Assembly: GCA_030704615.1 (NCBI GenBank)
Contig: CM060734.1
Location: forward strand, 13,516,001-13,580,000
DNA: 64,000 nucleotides
Direction of reading: 5' to 3'
Source: Takakia lepidozioides
Lineage: Eukaryota > Plantae > Bryophyta
The notes below the pieces were generated by a model, which was not told where the DNA came from, ran no database searches, and saw only the letters and a list, made by a program, of their open reading frames with translations. Positions 13,201-25,700 of the stretch are shown piece by piece; position 1 is the first letter of the stretch, and the number at the start of each line of letters is the position of its first letter. The translations under genes and the position numbers were made by a program.

Positions 13201-15314
13201 CCTGCTGGGCCAAAGTCGGCAAAGGAATCTGCTGCTCTGGAAGAATCCAGAAAGGCAGCTGAGATGGCACAAAAGACGGTGGATGCAGCTGTGCAGGCCC
13301 AACAGAAGGGGTCGAAGAAGAGGACTCGCCAGCAAGGAGCAGCTGTTGTGACACCCGCCAAAACGAAGAAGCAGAAACAGCCTGTTCAGGAAGAGGGTGA
13401 GGAAGAGGACTCCGATGGAGACTTTGCAACCAGCCCACCCCCCCAAACGCAGGCTGCCTCCCCTGTGCCCACCGTTGTCACGAGAGGCACGAGAACTGGC
13501 GGCAAAGAAGGCACTCTTCAACCCCCAGGGGGGCACCCTTTCGAGCCGGTGGAAATGAAGAGGCCGAAAGTGGCTCCCGAAACTGTAGTCCAGTGTGTAA
13601 ATGAGAGTTTCTTGGCGGCTTTGGATGGACGGGCAGCCAAGTTGGCATACATGAAGACCATGGAGGGTCTGAAGGGCAGAGCACTGAAGAAGGCGACTGC
13701 CGAAGAGCCTTCCGACACCCCAGGATTTCAGAATATGGTCTCGTTCTTTGAGAGGGTGTGTGCAGACAAGGATTGTAGGAGGGGCGGAAATGCCACCGAG
13801 TGGTCTTGCGATATGATCATCTTGGATATTCCGGACGGAGAGCCTGTGGAAGGACTGCAAGCTTTGCCATCTTGGAACAGGTACTCGGAGGACTTTTGGA
13901 AGAAAGGATTCGGGCTTGCCCGCATGGTGTTGGACGACAGAGGCTGTGTGGTTGTCCTGGCGAGCAGAGGAAAAAACACTCAGACAGGAATTGCGAAGTG
14001 GACCCGCAAGAGCGCCGTCCCGATTCTGAAAAAGAAGTGGACGTGCATCAACACACTGGGCCTTCGGTCGGAAGGGAAGAAGGTGATTACGACACTGGCA
14101 CTCGTCCATTCATTTGCTTGGGTGTTTCAAATGCGGTGCCGCATTCGGTTTCTAATCGTTTTCCCCCTGTGTATGCAGACGAAGCAGTTCGATGCATACT
14201 GCTTTGTGAAGGAGAACTCCACCTTTGCTTTCCGGAAGGAGGGAGGAAAGGTTGACCCGAACTGCGACCCACTCGATTACGACGTTCTGTTCAACAACGT
14301 TCCCAAGGAACTTCTCCCTCATAGCCTCACTTCAACGGAACCCCTGCGGTACTCACGGACTCGGAGCCCTGCCTTCATTCAGACAATTATGGAGACATGC
14401 ACAGACGTGGAGGGCACAGTGCTCGACCTCATCTGTGGGACAGGTATGCAGAATCTTGATCTCTGCTGTTCTGCAAATTCTCGTTAGGATGTAGTTCGCA
14501 ACATCTGAAGCGCCATGTGGTAATGTGTGGATGGCATTGTAACAGGTGCCTCAATGTGGGCTGGGCGGTTTTCCGACCGGCACCTCTTTGCCTACGAGGA
14601 GGATTCATCCGTGTGGGGATCCCATCTGGAGGGGCTGCAACGGAATGTGAAGGCTCCCGACAGAGCGGAAGTCTCCTCGGATTCGTCGGAGTCCGAGGAA
14701 GACACAGTGGACATTGATGCGGAGGAGAACCCGGAATACGAGTGAGTGCAAACATTGTAAGTTTGCAAAGCCTTCTGGGTCATTTATGTCAAACGAATTT
14801 CCCGACTGTGGTTCTCATTAGTCTCGTTGATGATTGTCATGTGCAGGATTGCAGGGTCCGGGTCGAAACATGTAGGGCCTACACTTCCTGCCAGGAAGAA
14901 TGTCCCGTTCTTTGCGAGGGCCGACTTCATGACGAGCCCGGTGAGGGACTACTCCCTTCCTAGTTATGCAGCTAAACTCGCAAATACAGCGATTAGAGAA
15001 GTGAGAATCCCAGTAAAGTAGAGCAGATTTTGGAGAGGGCTAGGGAGGACAGAAGGATAAGGAAAGAGTTGGCAGCAGCTCAGACAGGTAGACGGGTACG
15101 AAAGTACATATGTGATTCAGCGGATGAGAGCGACGCAGACAGGGAGGAAGACGACCCAACGGAGGTGAGATGGACAGTTCCGCAAGGGGAAGATGGGATT
15201 TTCGAAAGCCTGGCCAACGAGCAGTCCGCTGGAGATGAGAGAGGCACTGAGGGGGTGGAGGAGGAGCAGGACAGTCTAGAACAGGATGAGGATTCGGATG
15301 ATTTTCAAGATTAA
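10231..15314 (+). pseudogene. Cargo gene of B: multi-exon ParB/Srx-like domain + beta-class amino-methyltransferase-like domain, acidic tail; disrupted
   Basis: TLRIPLCRMV..FFVWDGNHRLLAW (DGNHR 11482-11496); DMIILDIPDG (13825); RSPAFIQTIMETCTDVEGTVLDLICGTG|ASMWAGRFSDRHLFAYEED across intron 14444-14545. Several GT-AG introns. Start and end approximate. Confidence 0.75.
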
Positions 15315-15449
15315 TAGAATTTTAATGAAGTCTCTGTAAATGTAAATTCTCTTCCAGAGTATATAAAGGAAATTCTGCCCGACATTCGTGACCCCTCTCC
15401 AGTGTGCATTCCAGCCACACAATCGCCCAAACCACGACGCTCCCAAAAT

Positions 15450-15985
15450 CAGAAATGGGGCACCGCATTTCCAAAACAGGGGAGGGACTAAATTTTCCAT
15501 TTCAATGTTGGCATAGTAAAAAGTAATCTGAATTGGAAATGCGGTGCCGCATTTCCAAAATTTCCTTTGTCCACACGCCAGTTTTGGCCTCTCCCGCTCA
15601 TTGCATGGATGCCACCACGCTTACAGAGGTCGAACAAGGAGGTCGAACAAGGAGGTCGACATGGCGGGATTGAAAATGCGGTGCCGCATTTCCATATTGG
15701 GGATGGTCGTTGTTCGAACTGCAGGCCATCAGCAAAAATTGGCACCGCATTCCATTGTTAAAAAAAAGTCGATGACGGACATGGAAATGCGGCGCCGCAT
15801 TTCCAGAACGGACATCGCAATTTGTCCATTTGCAGACCCTCTCTCGGAAATGCGGTAACGCATTCCATCGCGCTGGTCGGAAATGTCACACTTTTCGAAG
15901 TGTTGGACGGAAATGCGGCACCGCATTCCCTTGTCCAAAAAGAAGTTTCCATTGCCAAGCTGGAAATGCGTCGCCGCATTTGCAA
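15450..15985. repeat. Second cluster (about 8 copies) of the B palindrome downstream of the cargo gene
   Basis: ggaaatgcggtgccgcatttcc 15535, ggaaatgcggcgccgcatttcc 15783, ggaaatgcggcaccgcattcc 15909 etc. Confidence 0.85.
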
Positions 15986-16449
15986 TGCCAACCTCGTTTT
16001 CTGATCAATTTATAGACCCGTGTTGGTATTTCGTGTACCTGGACGGAAATGATGATGTCAAACATGGCGTTACTCTGGTATATTCTTGACACATGACTCA
16101 CATACCGGTTACTCTGCTTATTCACCGACAGACAATTGTAGAAATGAGACATCAAATTGTAAACAGTGGGCGAGAGTTAGTCAATAGCTGAGGAGGAGCA
16201 GCGCGGTGGCTGGAAAAAGTTCAAGCTAACGCTGCAATTCCTCACAAACACTCAGGGCACATTTAAATTTCCCCCCTACAGGATCCTGGACCGATGAAGA
16301 TTGGCTGCTGCATGAATGTAGCCGTTTCAGTTTCCTACCCTGCCATGCAAACTATGGGCAGTCACTGCCAGGTGGGCCGATAGCCACTGGACACGACGAA
16401 GTCCATCCCTCTTCGATGTAAATGCGGCGCCGAATTTCCATCCGGGGGG

Positions 16450-17251
16450 ATGGACTTCGGTGGCAGATCTCAAACTATAACTTGTTGATGAGAAAGATGT
16501 ATGGGTTCATCCACCGCTGGCGTGATGAACACGTTCCACCTCCGTCGGTGGGTACGTGTGACCCAGATGCTCCATTATTGGAGGCCGGACTGCTCTTCCG
16601 CTTCGTATCATTTCCAAAATCTAAGGGCTTCGTAGCTGTCCGCAAGGTCATCGGCATCCAAGTCGTCCTCAGGTCCTCCTTTGCAAGGATGCCGTGCTTC
16701 CGGAACCGGGACGACTGCCCCTTTGGAGGCATCGATTATGCAATGTATTCGGCCACATCGGGAGACATTGTTATCTGGTACACATTACACAGAAGATACT
16801 GGTTCGATTGTGGAAACATTGGTGGCTTTTGAGTATATCGTAGGCCACTACGCCTTCGAGCGGGGTGACGATCTTGGGTTTGAGGAGTCCGTGGCTCCTG
16901 CGCATCCTCGATTCCGATTTTCCCAGCTACGACGGTCACCCATGCAGAAGAAGGCGCACTGCTATGCTGTTGCGGTGGAACTGCTGCCACTGGACGTGGG
17001 TGGACTCCATCGGAGAGACCTATTCTCCTCGAGGAGTGCGCTCCTCTTCTCCATTGTATGGGGACATTCGCATTGGTGTGGACGACGAAAACGTGAAGAT
17101 TTCCATATTCGATGGTGGTATGATTGAAGGGCAGGACATTGTGGTGAACATCACTAGGGGCGGTACAACGGCTGCAATCGACTTTACATGGAGGAGCCCC
17201 ATGACTCATGAGCTAGTTCTGAGAGCAGTCGAAGTCCCATTGACAACGTGA
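16450..17251 (+). pseudogene. Possible third, unidentified frameshifted ORF inside element B
   Basis: Three overlapping + strand ORFs (16422, 16681, 16865) with protein-like composition; no recognisable motif. Confidence 0.3.
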
Positions 17252-17629
17252 CTTGTATTCAGTAGGCACAGGGCTCAAGATTTGAGGGCACAATCAGCAC
17301 AGTAGACGTGCTTCAAATGCAATTCATGTGGATCAATAAAAACCTCATTGTGCCCTCTTTTTATTCTATTCTGTGTCCATCGTTCCGAGAATGCGTCATT
17401 GCTCATTTCGTTTGGGATTGGGAGTGTGGGTGAATTTTGCAAATGGCTGGTAGGCTGAAATGGGCCCCCATTGTACAGAGCAGTACCACCCTACCATTCG
17501 CGAAACATTGCCTTTCAATATATAATTCTAAATAACATTGCCGAACCTCCTTCATCGGGAGGTCCTTCTCCCCCTATGACCGTGGCACCCTAAACCCTAT
17601 TCCCGCGGACACTCATTTCCGGAAAATAG

Positions 17630-17714
17630 TGCTGCTCATGTTTTTTTCCACACTTACGACTCTGCTCATGGCTCATGCCGCTCATGGCTCATGGCTCATG
17701 AAATAGCAGCCCCC
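17630..17714. repeat. Right TIR and GCTCATG subterminal repeats of element B
   Basis: gctcatggctcatgccgctcatggctcatggctcatgaaatagcagccccc. Confidence 0.85.
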
Positions 17715-17722
17715 CCACCAAT

Positions 17723-18490
17723 CATGAAAAATGTACATCATTAATATCGAGAGGGAAAGAACGCACTGCAGCTCCTACATTCACGGGTTTGTTTCTCCCT
17801 TACGGACAAGGCGAGGCAAAGAACCACAAGTTCTGGTTCTGCGCTGACGATTGTGGGGAGTGTGTGTATGGGACAGTGAGGCCTTCCGTGGTAAGGAAGC
17901 CTACTCCACCAACCGTGTGGCCTGTGAAGATGGGCACAGGTCTCACTCATCGAGAGATTGCAATGCTGGAAGAGGCGGGTTTTTCCCTGGCCAGACATTC
18001 CATTGCACGTGAAGGTGCTTCAAGTGGAAGCGGTTCACGGGTACCTCCGCCTGACGCTCACTTGTGGCCAACCAGACGGAATGGGAAGCTGGTTCGACGA
18101 TTCCCTCCAACCGCAGAACACTACGGCAAAATTGAGTCCGCCAGAATGCTTTACGCTCGTGTTGGGGGAACAATGGAAGTGCCTGATCCAGGGTATGGTC
18201 GGGTCTTCACCATGATCTCATCCGCATCTGCGCTGCAAGACAGGACGTACGACATCACTGTTTCCAATTTTCCCAATTGTACATGTCCTGATTTTGTTGG
18301 TATGCTTTCAAGTAGTTTGGGAAAGAGAGGGAAGTTCATACCGTGCAAACACCTTTACTTCGTCTTCTTGAGAAGGATGGTTTGTGATCCAAAGCTCGAC
18401 TTCTTCATTCACCAAGCTACTATGAGTTACAACGAAGTCAAACACTTCTACAGCGGGATACAACCCCATAAAAATCTGTGTTTTCCTTGA
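17723..18490 (+). pseudogene. MULE transposase A, 3' part with SWIM zinc finger
   Basis: FWFCADDCGECVYGT; YDITVSNFPNCTCPDF..IPCKHLYFVF; near-identical to C C-terminus. Confidence 0.88.
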
Positions 18491-18654
18491 CAATTGTGTG
18501 TAATGGAATGACTGTTCAAGTCCAGTGTCTCTCAGCATGTCCCATGTCATCTAACATCTTTGCTATTTGTGGGTCAACGCATTTGTCGCATTGGTTTGTC
18601 ATTCTCTTTTAGCAAACACAAGAAACTACCTTCAGATAGACAGATGATCAAATC

Positions 18655-18846
18655 AACCTCGTGTCAACACGAGGTTTACTTGAAGTTCTCCAAATCCCCC
18701 TTGTGTTGACACAAGGTTCATTTTAGTTCTCAGAAAAACAACATCGCTGCAACACGAGGTTCATTTTTGTTCCAGGAAAACAACCTCGTGTTAACACGAG
18801 GTTTTGTTGAAGTTCTCCAAATCCCCCTTCTGTCGACACGAAGTTC
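18655..18846. repeat. Cluster of palindrome AACCTCGTGT-YR-ACACGAGGTT in element A
   Basis: Copy with CA centre 18655-18676, perfect TA-centred copy 18782-18803, degenerate copies ~18700, ~18750, ~18830. Confidence 0.8.
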
Positions 18847-19213
18847 ATTTGACGGGGGAACGAAATGAAGCTCCTGTTAAAAGAAGGTTGAACTCCAGGA
18901 AAGCCCAAAACCCTTCATCCGTTTCACCTTCATGTGGTGAAAACAGCAGTTGGGGGCTCCACGGTTATAGGCCCAGGAAAGCCCAAAACCCTTCATCCGT
19001 TTCACCTTCATGTGAGGAAATCAGCAGTTGTGGAAGGAAATCAGCAGTTGTGGTCTCCACGGTTATAGGCCCACCTTCTTTGTGGTGACGTCGTATGACC
19101 TGGACCAGGCTCATGCCATGTCAGCAGCGTGAGCGTAGGCTCAGCCACATCATCATTGTGTGAGCGTACGCTCACACGCTCACGCGCCAGGCTCACGCGG
19201 TAGCGTCGTTGCC

Positions 19214-19277
19214 ACCAATATTGCCCCTGCAATAAACTGTGAGTGCGTCGCACTCCAAAATGCCCCAACTCCTCATG
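19214..19277 (-). pseudogene. 64-bp remnant of Ty3/gypsy integrase Zn-binding region between two insertions
   Basis: HEELGHFGVRRTHSLLQGQYWW joins in frame to ...RARLVRHA(H) on the far side of the CACTA element (31074+). Confidence 0.85.
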
Positions 19278-20221
19278 CACTACAGGAAAAGGAGAGCCTT
19301 TGCGACGCCCACGCCACGCTGCAGCGTCGGGAAAACGCCCTTTCCGGGCACGTGGGAGGCGTAGAATTTGCGACGCCCGGCCGTCGCCCTGCAGTTGCAA
19401 GGGCGTCACAAAAAATGCGACGTATGGGGGTCGCGAGCCCCCGCCCAACTCCCGCGACTGCCGGACGTCGGTTTTTCAAGCCATCCGCGCCGATGGCAGG
19501 AGCCTCTTCAAGCGACGTCGCGCCGTCGCGGCCCTCCAGCCGACAGCGCCGGCGCGGCGTCGCATCCCTTTTTTTTCTAACCTGCCCCGGGAGTCAGTCG
19601 GGTGGTACGCCAAGTGACGCCCGTGCGTTGCTGCAAGCGACTATTGGGCGTGGCACAAAACAGCAGGAGTCGGTCTCCGCCACGCCCGGGCGTGGTTGTT
19701 GCGACCAGCGGCGTCGCTTTTTTTTTAAATTTAATTAAAAAAAAAACGTGGCGCAGGCAGGGTGCGGTCTCCGCGACGCCAGGGCGTCGTGGCTTGCAAC
19801 CCCCGGACTAAAAAACACGTCGCAGGGGGTGTCGGGCATTGCCGCCCGCAAATGGGGTTTGTGACGCCCGACCGTCGTTGCGTGCGACCCCCAAAAAACA
19901 CGTCGCCATTGGCGACGTGCTGCTGCAGTCGCGAGGGTAGCCTGGTGGGGGGGGGGGGGGGGGTTTGGGGGTTTATTTTGGGGGTGAATTGGGGGTGGTT
20001 TTTTGTTTTTTTCCTGGTTTTGTATTTGGGGATGGGAGAACTTACAGTTCCATTTCTCTGAGTTAGCAGATACACAATTGAGCAAGCATGAATCGAGGGT
20101 GAAGACGGTGCGACACATGAATAAGATGGAAGATGGAAAGATGGAAATATATTTACAAGAAATGAGCTGAAAAGCTCACAAGGGTTCAGTAGACTGACCC
20201 TGGGACCTACATGGACTAGGA

Positions 20222-22470
20222 CTAGTCATCCTCATCCTCATCCTCAGTGGAGGACTCAGAGCTATCCGATGAGCCTGATGATTCCGCGCCCTTTGCCAGA
20301 GCACGTAAATGAGGCGGCGTTCCCCTAAATCCCACAGAGCTCTTATCCAATCCCTGGGCATGACCCTTGACCTCATCCATACTAGTGCCCTGTAGTGCAC
20401 TCATCCCCTCTGTGTTGGCCATGTTCTTCATGAGGGATTGCCAACCATGCTCCTTGGCGTAGTTGTACTCTACCGGAGATGGCTTCCTCTCAAACGCACG
20501 TTGCTACACATGCCACAAATTAAAGTCAGTTCTTCGCGATGATGGAGCCAGAAAAAAGACATAAACAAATCCATAGGGAAGTACGACTTACAAATCGCAA
20601 GATAAAACCCTTGGATCCGCCGGCGCCCCACTTGTGTGTGGATTCGTGCTTGTCAAGGCGGACTGTTGTTGCTTCGCGTGCCAGGTCAAATTTGGCCTTG
20701 TTTGCGGCATCAGTCTCTCCCACAATGAGTGCATCCCACGATACCTATGCCCCCCCCCCCCCCAACAATTAGTGAATTACACACATACGTTGCATTGAAT
20801 CCACCTCATTAATGCACATGCGACAAATGGAAGGTGACATGATTCAGGATTTGCCAACATGTGTAATTCCATAAGGTGGTTTTGGTATGGCCCCCTTTTC
20901 CATTGCCCTCCGAATGATCTGTCTGGCATGGTACCTCCTGTCCTTCAAGTTTCGCCCCACCATCTCCATCACCCTTGTGTCACTCCAATTGCCCGGAAAC
21001 CGGCGGTCTAACTCACAGGCATATGCCCGCTTCGCACCAAAGTGTTGATCAGCCCACTCGATGTGCAAAGGGAACCACCTCAATGCAAGTTCGAAGGTTG
21101 GCTTCTTCATAGCCTCCCAGAACGCACCGCAAGGGTCACCATGGCGATTCACCTCCATCGGTGGCACCACGATTTGCCAACTCCACATCCTGTATTGCCA
21201 AGGCCATCCCACCTCTCCCTTCTTTGTAGCCTCCTTCCCCTGCTCCTTTGTTACCCCACTGCCCTCCCCCGCATGCACACTCACCCTTCCTCTCCATGGG
21301 ACTTCTTTTTCTTCTTCTTCTTTTCCTTCCCTTCTCCACAACCATCTCCTTCCCTTCCCCGCTACTTCCTCTCTCTCCTTCTCCCTCTCCCTTCTCTCTC
21401 TCTCCTCGGCAGCCCCTTCATTGATGGTAAAAGGGATCTCGGGAGATCGAGGCCTCTTCTTCTTACCTTTGGTGTCCGGGTCCTTCATGAACACCACGTG
21501 CTCTCCCTCATTGGCAACCCCACTGGATTGCACCAATGAGGCCAGCCATGTTGTTACCTCCTGAAGACAAATAACCCCTCCAAATTCAAAAAAGAAACAA
21601 ACAACAAAGAAAATCATGCATGCAAAGGAAAGGATAAGTCATGGAACAAGGTGCGACAGTTGTACCTTTGCAAGCTTGTCCGACTCGCCCCTGGTGTCAC
21701 CCGATGTGGGAGGAGTCCCCGTTGCCGGATGTGCCCGCCCTATCCCCTCCCGGAGTGCCACTGGAAGTAAATTCCAGATGTGGAGCATAGCCGGCGGCGG
21801 CGCCCCGTAGTCCAGGCCCTTCTTTGCTGGCCGCTCAGGCTCAAGGGGCGGTGTCGCTGATCGGCTAGGCTGCTCTGAACCGGCCCATACCTCCTCTCCT
21901 CCCCCCCCCCCCCCCCCCCCAAATGCGTATCAGGGTAGAAGCCCTCATCCGGCTTGACTTCTTCGAGGCGCTTCGCTATCTTGGCCACTTCATTGGCCCT
22001 CCTCGTCTCCTCCTCCCTCATCGACAACAATGGGCTGGCAATGGAGGCTTTCAAAGGCCCTTGAACCTGACGTTGGGCCTAGGCAAGTGCAGCCTTTGCT
22101 GCGGAGGAAGGGGTCGCTCTCGGGGTGACATCCAAAAGGTGCCCATACCCGAACGGGTGATGTGCTTGCCAAGGTACATTTCACCCGTCTTGGTGGCCGG
22201 GGGTGTGCTCAACTGAGCATCCGGCTCAGCAACAACCTCTCGAATAGAAGAGCTGGCTGAGCCGGCCCCTGGCGCATCCAAGATGTGGACAAGGGGGGGT
22301 ACTCGCCTCGGGGGGCAGACGAGCCCTCCGGCTACGGCTGTCAATGAGGCTGGTTAGCCGTGAGACGCCCTGGTGCGTCACATGTGCCGGCAGAGCAAAC
22401 GGATTGTCTGCCCCTTTCTTTGGGGCAGGGGAATTCTTCTCTTTCCCCATAAGCTGGCACCTATCATGCA
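20222..22470 (-). pseudogene. Intron-containing CACTA second ORF (probably TnpA/Ptta-like), disrupted
   Basis: FWEAMK..RWFP..ELDRRFPG..RNLKDRRYHAR..PPYGI; HKWGAGG; located inside CACTA ends. Confidence 0.45.
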
Positions 22471-22719
22471 AACCCACAAGTTGGCATCATTAGGAACATT
22501 CCAGATCAAAAACAAAAACAAAACCAAGCATGTCGGGGGCTGAGAGCAGCAAGTGCTCGGGGTCTCGAGAGGGGGCAACAAAGAGAAAAGAAAAAGGTGG
22601 GGGGGGGAAGTGACTGAGCACCACAACCAGCTGCTGAGCATCACGGGCTCAGTTACCCCCCCCCCCCCCCATTTTTTTTTTTTTTTTTGGTTTCCTGATC
22701 TCTCCCTCTCTCTCTCCCT

Positions 22720-25700
22720 CTCTCTCCCTCTCCCTCTCCCTCTATAAATCTTTGGATTTCATCTGGCCTTAACCTTTTGAGGTTATTTAGTTTTTCATCC
22801 CTGCCTTTTTCATCCAAATTTGGATGATTTTATTTAATTGGATGATGAAACTTAATATACAGAAAGCTAGAGTTACCATCTATTTTTTTCATCTAAACTG
22901 GATGATCTACATAAATAATGGTTACCTATTATAAAATCCAAGAGAATAATAAAACTACCATCATAAATGATGGCTGTTATTAAACCTAAACCTATACCAT
23001 AACCCTAAAAGATACATTTCTATGGGATGTCATCCAGTGACAAAATGCCTATCTTGGTAAAATGTGATATTTCATCCATCCTGGATGAAAAATCGGGAAG
23101 TTTTGCCCTAAGCAGGCCGACACACTTCAAGCACTGAACTCGTGCTTCAGTGAACCTTGATGATGCGCCGTATAAACCTGCTCCCCTGCTGCTACATGGT
23201 ATTCGTGATTGCTGGCTCTTGGGATGCGCAGTGGTGGTTAAACAGATTCTTCTATGGCAGACGACAAAGCCGTGATTGCTCTGATCAGGAACTCATGGTT
23301 CTTTATTTTGCAGCGGCGCTTTTACTCCTTGTTGGGAAGTACTCTATCCCTATTTATCTACAGATTATTTGTTGCTCTCTCTTCGTGTATGAGCCACTCT
23401 CTAGCTGTGAACGCTTCTACTCTGATTGCGTTCTGTTGGAGACAATCTGTTGGACGCCATGGCGCAGGGCATACCACAAACACTCAAGGTTTTTTGAGTT
23501 TACCATTGCTTGAATTGTGATCTGTACTTGCTTTAGAATTCAACACTGACATGGATAGCAACTGTGAAGACTTGCCACTTACCTGCTGCATCCTCACTAA
23601 CACACATCGCTATGTGGTGGTTTTTGGGACGGGCACAGGTGAGGGTCTTCACTTGTCTTGATTTCTTGAAGCTTGCAGTTCCTGTTCTTGCAAGTGTGGA
23701 TACTGCTGCTGCCTAAGCTGCTGATGCCATCTGCTGTTTCAAACTGCCACCATGCCGCTTCAGACCTGCTCCAAGATTGCTCCAATGAGGATCTGCTTCT
23801 CTCCTTACCCCTGTTTACGGTTTTTTACAACCACATTTGCATGTGTAGGAGTTTAGCTATGAAGGATACAAGGATACAAAATAGCAGTTATTACTTTGAC
23901 TGCCTTGATACTTGGCTCTGAAATGAGAACTCTTGGTATGACTCTGATGGATCAAAAGGATAGGCTTTGATAGATAACACACATTTTTCAAGGCCCTCAT
24001 ATCATTTTGGTTTCATGGCTTGATAACAAACTCGGGTTTCTGAGCTGCTCTTTCACCTTGGCAGAACTACTTTATGTGGCCTTAAAATACCATTCTAGGC
24101 CTATACCTGCTTAAGGGGGCTCTAACTGTTGTTTCTTCTTCCTTTCTAAGAATCTTGCTTATATCTTGGTTCTAAAACATCATCTTCAAACCAAACCTGC
24201 AATCTGGTTTTTGAAATGAGTTTTAAATGGATTCTTGAGATGATGATGTGTACTATGGTGCTTTCATGATATGACTAACCTGGAATCCCACCTTAGCGGT
24301 CTTGTCCATGTCAAGGGCGGGAGGGTGGGATTCCAGGTCATTCATATCATGAAAGCACCATAGTACACATCATCATCTCAAGAATCCATTTAAACTTATT
24401 TCAAAAACCAGATTGCAGGTTTGGTTTGAAGATGATGTTTTAGAACCAAGATATAAGCAAGATTCTTAGAAAGGAAGAAGAAACAACAGTGTAGAGCCCC
24501 CTTAAGCAGGTATAGGCCTAGAATGGTATTTTAAGGCCACATAAAGTAGTTAGCCAAGGTGAAAGAGCAGCTCAGAAACCCGAGTTTGTTATCAAGCCAT
24601 GAAAACCAAAATGATATGAGGGCCTTGAAAAATGTGTGTTATCTATCAAAGCCTATCCTTTTGATCCATCAGAGTCATACCAAGAGTTCTCATTTCAGAG
24701 CCAAGTATCAAGGCAGTCAAAGTAATAACTGCTATTTGTATCCTTGTATCCTTCATAGCTAAACTCCTACACATGCAAATGTGGTTGTAAAAAACCGTAA
24801 ACAGGGGTAAGGAGAGAAGCAGATCCTCATTGGAGCAATCTTGGAGCAGGTCTGAAGCGGCATGGTGGCAGTTTGAAACAACAGATGGCATCAGCAGCTT
24901 AGGCAGCAGCAGTATCCACACTTGCAAGAACAGGAACTGCAAAGCTTCAAGAAATCAAGACAAGTGAAGACCCTCACCTGTGCCCGTCCCAAAACCACCA
25001 CATAGCGATGTGTGTTAGTGAGGATGCAGCAGGTAAGTGGCAGGTCTTCACAGTTGCTATCCATGTCAGTGTTGAATTCTAAAGCAAGTACAGATCACAA
25101 TTCAAGCAATGGTAAACTCAAAAAACCTTGAGTGTTTGTGGTATGCCCTACGCCATGGCGTCCAACAGATTGTCTCCAACAGAACGCAATCAGAGTAGAA
25201 GCGTTCACAGCTAGAGAGTGGCTCATACACGAAGAGAGAGCAACAAATAATCTGTAGATAAATAGGGATAGAGTACTTCCCAACAAGGAGTAAAAGCGCC
25301 GCTGCAAAATAAAGAACCATGAGTTCCTGATCAGAGCAATCACGGCTTTGTCGTCTGCCATAGAAGAATCTGTTTAACCACCACTGCGCATCCCAAGAGC
25401 CAGCAATCACGAATACCATGTAGCAGCAGGGGAGCAGGTTTATACGGCGCATCATCAAGGTTCACTGAAGCACGAGTTCAGTGCTTGAAGTGTGTCGGCC
25501 TGCTTAGGGCAAAACTTCCCGATTTTTCATCCAGGATGGATGAAATATCACATTTTACCAAGATAGGCATTTTGTCACTGGATGACATCCCATAGAAATG
25601 TATCTTTTAGGGTTATGGTATAGGTTTAGGTTTAATAACAGCCATCATTTATGATGGTAGTTTTATTATTCTCTTGGATTTTATAATAGGTAACCATTAT

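Larger units (their letters stand above)
3342..17714 (-). mobile_element. Mutator-like DNA transposon B (14.4 kb), complete, carrying ParB-MTase-like cargo gene
   Basis: 8-bp TSD CCACCAAT (3334-3341, 17715-17722). Imperfect TIRs GAGGTTTACTATTTCATGAGC / rc GGGGGCTGCTATTTCATGAGC. Removing it restores transposase A frame IRATN-HEKCTS (C has IRATNFEKCTS). Confidence 0.92.
1..19213 (+). mobile_element. Mutator-like (MULE) DNA transposon A, left end outside window, interrupted by element B
   Basis: Transposase on + strand. Right terminus ...GGTAGCGTCGTTGCC (19213) reverse-complements to GGCAACGACGC..., matching the terminus of element C (GGCAATGACGC). Gypsy integrase sequence starts at 19214. Confidence 0.85.

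Noticed and set aside
12559-14487. 642-aa ORF as a complete single-exon protein
   Set aside because: It reads through introns (e.g. ~12864-12966, ~14082-14178) and is only part of the multi-exon cargo gene.
10231-15314. Bacterial or phage contamination explaining the ParB-MTase
   Set aside because: The gene has GT-AG introns shared with the C copy and lies within TSD-bounded elements nested in plant TEs.
3342-17714. hAT or Zisupton assignment based on the 8-bp TSD and SWIM finger
   Set aside because: The core motifs (FMAD..AN..AV..CxFHW, N.AE..H) fit MULE-type transposases; I saw no hAT dimerisation domain or KDZ-type CxC motifs.
19300-19930. GC-rich ORFs or CpG-island gene (also 30405-31143)
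   Set aside because: These are CACTA subterminal repeats.
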